Positions 15,279 through 19,188 of a DNA stretch of 19,188 nucleotides are shown here, piece after piece. The stretch is from NCBI GenBank assembly GCA_050292215.1, contig JBNKLF010000034.1, forward strand, positions 1 through 19,188, written 5' to 3'. Both the position numbers and the translations under genes were made by a program. The notes beneath the pieces were generated by a model. That model worked only from the letters and a program-made list of their open reading frames with translations. It did not search any database and had not been told where the DNA came from. Each line of letters opens with the position of its first letter. Position 1 is the stretch's first letter. The DNA comes from Sulfurimonadaceae bacterium. GTDB lineage: Bacteria; Campylobacterota; Campylobacteria; Campylobacterales; Sulfurimonadaceae.

Positions 15279-17315
15279 ATGGAACAAGAGGGGGTGCTGC
15301 TGATCCTTTTCGTCATCACGGCCCTCGCCGCCGGTTCGCTGCTCAAGGCGCTGCTGCGCGCCACGCCGATCCCCCACACCGTGGTACTGCTTCTCGTCGG
15401 CATCGCCCTCGCCTCGATGGATCGGGCGGGATGGTTCGGTCAGGGTCCGGTCTCCGCGCTTTTCGACACCGTCGGCGCCGTCGATCCCCACCTGATCCTT
15501 TTTCTTTTCCTTCCGACGCTGATCTTCCAGTCCGCCTACTCCATGGAGCCCCATCTCTTTTTGCGGATCGCTCCCCAGACCGTGCTGCTCGCCGTGGCCG
15601 GGCTGCTCATCTCCATGCTTCTCACCGCCGCGGCGGCGACATGGCTGCTGCCCTGGAGCTTCGGCGTCGCCCTGCTTTTCGGGGCCCTCATCAGCGCCAC
15701 CGACCCCGTGGCCGTGGTCGCCCTGCTGCGCGAAAAGAGCTCGCGCAAACGGCTCGAAGCCCTGGTGGAAGGCGAGTCCCTTCTCAACGACGGCACCGCC
15801 ATCGTCTTCTTCTCCCTCTTCTACGGCTTCGCGCTGGGGACCGTGACCGAAGTCCGGCCCCTCCCCATCGTCGGCGATTTTCTCTGGGTCGTCATGGCGG
15901 GACTCCTCATCGGGCTGGCGGTGGGGTGGCTGACGCTGGGGGTGATCGGCCGGCTCTTCAACCAGCCCCTGGTCGAGATCAGTCTTACCGTCGGCGCCGC
16001 CTACGTCACCTTTTTCATCGCCGAGTCCCTGCACGTCTCCGGCGTCGTGGCACTCGTCGCCCTCGCCCTCGCCTTCTCCACCATGGGACGGGTCCGCATC
16101 TCCCCGGAGATCTCCCGCTTCCTGCACCAGTTCTGGGAGATGATGGCCTATGTGGCCAACACCCTCATCTTCCTGGTCGTCGGCATCGTCATCGCCCTGC
16201 AGGTCACCCTCGACTCTCCCCGGCTCTGGATCGTCCTGGGGGCGCTCTACCTGCTGCTTTTCGTCATCCGGGCCGTCTCGGTCTGGTCCCTGGCGCCCAT
16301 TTTGGAGCGTGTCGGCGTCGGCTTCAGCCGCGCCAAGGGAACCGTTCTGGTATGGGGAGGCCTGCGCGGCGCCATCTCCCTCTCCCTGGCACTCGCCCTC
16401 TCCCGGGACGAATCGGTCCCGGCGGAACTGCGCGATCCCATCCTCTTCCTGACGGCGGGCATCGTGGTGCTGACCATCGTCATCAACGGCTCGACGATCG
16501 AGTGGCTGCTCCACCGCCTCGAACTCGACCGCCTTCCCCCCGCCAAGGAGGCCTCGGTCAGCAAGGCGAAAGAGGCCATCAATGTCCAGATGCACCGTTT
16601 TTTTCAGCGCTTCCGCAGCAGCCCCTTTTTCGACAGGGTCTCCATGGAACGGCTCGAACGCTTCATCGAAACCCCCTGCGACGACGGCAGCTGCCGACTG
16701 CAGCCCGACGCCGAAGATATCGAAGTCGCTTTCATGCGGCGGCTCCTGGAGATCGAACGCAGCGACTACTGGCGCCAGTTCGAGGAGGGGCACATCGGCC
16801 GCCAGGCCGCCCACCAGCTCTCCGAAGCGGTGGAGCAGGCCCTCGACAACCAGCCCCTCATCGCACCCCGCCACGCCCTCGACGACATCTTCACCATCCC
16901 CGTTCCCCCGGAGTGGCTGCGCCGCATCCCGATGGTCGGCTACTCCGTCGACGAGTGGATCTTCACCCGCCTCTCCCTGGGCTACGACGTCGCCCGGGGA
17001 TTCGTCGAGGCCCAGGAGGAGATACGCCGCCACATCCCGCAGCTCGCCCCCTCCGCCGAAAGCGCCCGCCGGGTCGAAGCGATGCTCGACCTCAACGTCG
17101 CCCAGGCCTTCACCTTTACCCGGCACGTCGCGGAGCACTACCCGGACCTGGTCACCGCCCTGCAGACCCGTTCGGCCAAACGGCTGCTGCTCAACCATGA
17201 ACGGAGTCTTATCTGGAATATGGAGCATGAGGGGGTGCTGGAAGAGGCGGAAGCGCACCATCTCATCGACCGCATCGAAGATCAGATGGCGCAGATGAGC
17301 CGGGACGAAACCTAG
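15279..17315 (+). CDS. Na+/H+ antiporter of the CPA1 (NhaP-type) family with a long cytoplasmic C-terminal domain
   Basis: 678 aa with about 12 TM helices in the first 420 aa. Cation/proton-exchanger motifs are present (FLPTLIFQSAYS, ATDPVAV, EGESLLNDGTAIV). A strong AGGAGG RBS lies 6 nt upstream. Confidence 0.8.
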   Translation: MEQEGVLLILFVITALAAGSLLKALLRATPIPHTVVLLLVGIALASMDRAGWFGQGPVSALFDTVGAVDPHLILFLFLPTLIFQSAYSMEPHLFLRIAPQTVLLAVAGLLISMLLTAAAATWLLPWSFGVALLFGALISATDPVAVVALLREKSSRKRLEALVEGESLLNDGTAIVFFSLFYGFALGTVTEVRPLPIVGDFLWVVMAGLLIGLAVGWLTLGVIGRLFNQPLVEISLTVGAAYVTFFIAESLHVSGVVALVALALAFSTMGRVRISPEISRFLHQFWEMMAYVANTLIFLVVGIVIALQVTLDSPRLWIVLGALYLLLFVIRAVSVWSLAPILERVGVGFSRAKGTVLVWGGLRGAISLSLALALSRDESVPAELRDPILFLTAGIVVLTIVINGSTIEWLLHRLELDRLPPAKEASVSKAKEAINVQMHRFFQRFRSSPFFDRVSMERLERFIETPCDDGSCRLQPDAEDIEVAFMRRLLEIERSDYWRQFEEGHIGRQAAHQLSEAVEQALDNQPLIAPRHALDDIFTIPVPPEWLRRIPMVGYSVDEWIFTRLSLGYDVARGFVEAQEEIRRHIPQLAPSAESARRVEAMLDLNVAQAFTFTRHVAEHYPDLVTALQTRSAKRLLLNHERSLIWNMEHEGVLEEAEAHHLIDRIEDQMAQMSRDET

Positions 17316-17318
17316 TCT

Positions 17319-18650
17319 CTAAAACTCGTAGCGCAGCGTCATGCGCAGCAGCTCCATCTCCCCCTCTTCGCCGTTTTCAAGCTCGCGCAGGGCCCGGGCG
17401 TACTCGATGCCGACCAGGGTCCGGCTCGCCGGGGTCCAGAGCAGGTTCGCCTGGAGGGAGCGGCTGCGGTCGGTGACCTCCGTCGCCGTGCCGGTGTTGC
17501 TTGTCCCGGCGTAGGAGAAGGCCAGGGTCGAACGCAGCGTGTCGTGCCACCAGTGGCGGTACCCCAGGTGGGCGCCGAAGCTCTCCTGCAGGGTGATCTT
17601 CCCCGTCGCGTCGACGCTTCCGGCGGGGAAGGCATTGTAGGCGAGATAGCGCCCGATCCCCTCCCCGTAGGCCGCTCCGAAACGGAGATCGTCGCTGCTC
17701 CCCAGCCGGATCGCGCCGTAGGCGTTCACGCCCCACCCCGTCGCGGCGTCGCTGCCGGGGGTGCGGATGCCGCTGCCCAGCAGCGCCCGGTCCTGCCGGA
17801 TGTAGCGCACCATGGCGGCGATGCCTCCCTCGCCCCATTTCGGGAACCACCGCAACCGCATGCCAAGATCCGGCAGGCGGTCGTCTTGGGGGGTGATCAG
17901 GTTGCCGTCGGGATCGAGCAGGGTCGTCTCCGGCTGCTCCAGCGAGAGGGCCCAGCTCCACGCCTTCGAACCGCCCCCGTAGCTCAGCAGGGGCTGCCGG
18001 ACCAGGGTGTAGTCGATGGCGTCGTAGAGGGTGTCCATGGTGACGGCGGCGTTAAAGAGCGAGTTGGTCTGCCCCGCGGTCCAGGGCCCTATCTGCACGT
18101 AGGCGTGACGCAGACGGATGCCGTGGGAGTTGGTCGTCGTTTCCGTTCCCGAGCTCCCTTTGAAGTCGGTCTCTATGAGGGCGCGGATCATGCCGTACTG
18201 CGACGGGGTCCGGGTCTTGACCCAAAGACGGCTCTCCCGGGCGGAGAAGCCGAGCTGCCCGTCCTCCCCCGCTTTGGAGAGGGGGATTTTTCCCGCGAAG
18301 TGGCTCCCCTCCGGCCACCCCATGTCCGTATCGAGCTGGATGCGTCCCCCGACGCTCAGCACCGTCGAGGCGCTACCGAGTTCCAGCGTACCGCGGGGGG
18401 AAGGCGCGGGTGTCGCCGCCCCGGCCGTTTCAACGGCCGGTTGCGGTTGGGGTGCCGCCGCCGTTTCCGTCTCCGGCTTCGGAAGCCGTCCCTCCGCTTC
18501 GAGTTTCGTCTCCAGCGCCTCGATCCGCTTCAATATCTCCAGGTGCGCCGCCTTGAGGGCCCGAAGCTCTTCGAGGGCCGGGTCCGTCGCCGCGGAAAGA
18601 TTCCAGAGTGCCAGGGGGAGCAGCCACAGGCCGATGCGAAGCCTTCCCAT
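17319..18650 (-). CDS. Outer-membrane beta-barrel (porin-like) protein with an N-terminal coiled-coil, DcaP-like architecture
   Basis: It has a signal peptide (MGRLRIGLWLLPLALWNLSA), a coiled-coil segment (ELRALKAAHLEILKRIEALETKLEAE), a Pro/Ala-rich linker, and then alternating amphipathic beta-strand-like sequence. It ends in the aromatic C-terminus YEF, typical of outer-membrane barrels. The start is placed at the second Met, giving a TGATG overlap with the upstream gene; the ORF-track start at 18656 is also possible. Confidence 0.5.
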   Translation of the reverse strand: MGRLRIGLWLLPLALWNLSAATDPALEELRALKAAHLEILKRIEALETKLEAEGRLPKPETETAAAPQPQPAVETAGAATPAPSPRGTLELGSASTVLSVGGRIQLDTDMGWPEGSHFAGKIPLSKAGEDGQLGFSARESRLWVKTRTPSQYGMIRALIETDFKGSSGTETTTNSHGIRLRHAYVQIGPWTAGQTNSLFNAAVTMDTLYDAIDYTLVRQPLLSYGGGSKAWSWALSLEQPETTLLDPDGNLITPQDDRLPDLGMRLRWFPKWGEGGIAAMVRYIRQDRALLGSGIRTPGSDAATGWGVNAYGAIRLGSSDDLRFGAAYGEGIGRYLAYNAFPAGSVDATGKITLQESFGAHLGYRHWWHDTLRSTLAFSYAGTSNTGTATEVTDRSRSLQANLLWTPASRTLVGIEYARALRELENGEEGEMELLRMTLRYEF

Positions 18651-19150
18651 CACCATCGCCTCGCTACGGGGGGAACGGCGGGAGCGAACGTGCGGTGGCA
18701 GGCGTTACAGGTGCGGAGCATCGCGTCCACTTCGGGTTCGAGCCGCTCTGTCGCGTAGGCTTCCGCCAGGCTGCCGATCCGCCGCCCCCGTTCCAGCAGG
18801 GCGTCGGCATGGCTTCTGAACCGTGCCGCCTCCTCCGGGCTCATCGCGGCTCCCGGGACACCGGGAAGCGCCTTGAGCTTCGCGCCGATCGCCTCCAGGT
18901 TCTCCGCCAGCCCAAAGGCGTAGCGCCGCCGGGCGTCGTCGCGTTCGAGTTCGCTCCGGGAGGTGTCGTTGACCATGCCGTCGAGCGAGCGCATCAGCCC
19001 CCGCAGCTCCTCGTTCTGGACCCGGTGCGTCTGCAGGATCTGCTCCGAGGCCGGAACCTCTCCGTTGGCCGCGGGCACGCCGCCGCATCCCTGCAGCATC
19101 AGCACAACGCCGCCGATAATCCACACCCATTGGAGTATATTTGTTTTCAT
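18650..19150 (-). CDS. Lipoprotein c-type cytochrome, class II (cytochrome c'-like four-helix bundle) with a C-terminal CxxCH
   Basis: 166 aa with a signal peptide and lipobox (VVLMLQGC). The mature part is helical, rich in A/L/E/R. The single haem-attachment motif CNACH lies near the C-terminus, as in cytochromes c' and c556. Confidence 0.5.
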   Translation of the reverse strand: MKTNILQWVWIIGGVVLMLQGCGGVPAANGEVPASEQILQTHRVQNEELRGLMRSLDGMVNDTSRSELERDDARRRYAFGLAENLEAIGAKLKALPGVPGAAMSPEEAARFRSHADALLERGRRIGSLAEAYATERLEPEVDAMLRTCNACHRTFAPAVPPVARRW

Positions 19151-19188
19151 TAAATCACCGTTCCAGAATAATAATCAGCCCGACGATA

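Noticed and set aside
15252-17261. 669-aa minus-strand ORF, and a 642-aa plus-strand alternative-frame ORF at 15272-17200, both spanning the antiporter gene
   Set aside because: Both are low-complexity in composition: Gly/Asp/Glu-rich, and Arg/Pro/Gly-rich respectively. They show no recognisable domains and fully overlap a well-supported 12-TM Na+/H+ antiporter with a strong RBS. They are typical shadow ORFs of GC-rich DNA.
1-19188. Search for tRNA or rRNA genes, CRISPR arrays, IS elements, integrase or att sites
   Set aside because: Intergenic spacers are all shorter than 200 bp. No cloverleaf-compatible segments, no regularly spaced repeat-spacer arrays, and no transposase- or integrase-like ORFs were seen. 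The only repeats are the short ones reported.

Overview
This is a GC-rich (roughly 60%) bacterial chromosomal segment, and I cannot assign a taxon from sequence alone. It carries 22 protein-coding genes, no tRNA or rRNA genes and no CRISPR array. The analysis was done by eye, without HMM or BLAST searches.

The window holds:
- An arsenic-resistance operon on the plus strand (arsR, LMW-PTP-type arsC, arsP and a small CxxC thioredoxin-family protein), interrupted by an AT-rich four-helix-bundle gene.
- A translationally coupled pair on the minus strand: a periplasmic thioredoxin-fold protein with a CxxS site, and a roughly 12-TM RND-superfamily exporter.
- An SPFH/Band-7 (YdjI/COG4260-like) protein with a C-terminal SHOCT domain, and downstream of it on the minus strand a protein with three zinc ribbons.
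- A pyridoxamine-phosphate-oxidase-like protein.
- A membrane sensor with a periplasmic CxxCH (c-type haem) domain fused to GGDEF and EAL domains.
- A macro-domain ADP-ribose-processing protein, ruvX, and the near-universal mnmE-jag-yidC-yidD-rnpA-rpmH cluster on the minus strand. rpmH is a 44-codon gene missing from the ORF track.
- A CPA1 Na+/H+ antiporter.
- A lipoprotein c-type cytochrome (C-terminal CxxCH) coupled to a coiled-coil beta-barrel outer-membrane protein.

Many long ORFs in alternative or antisense frames are GC-rich shadow ORFs and are rejected.

The most unusual items are the SPFH/SHOCT plus zinc-ribbon pair without an adjacent PspA, the exporter paired with a monothiol thioredoxin-like protein, the haem-c-sensing diguanylate cyclase/phosphodiesterase, and the cytochrome-porin pair.
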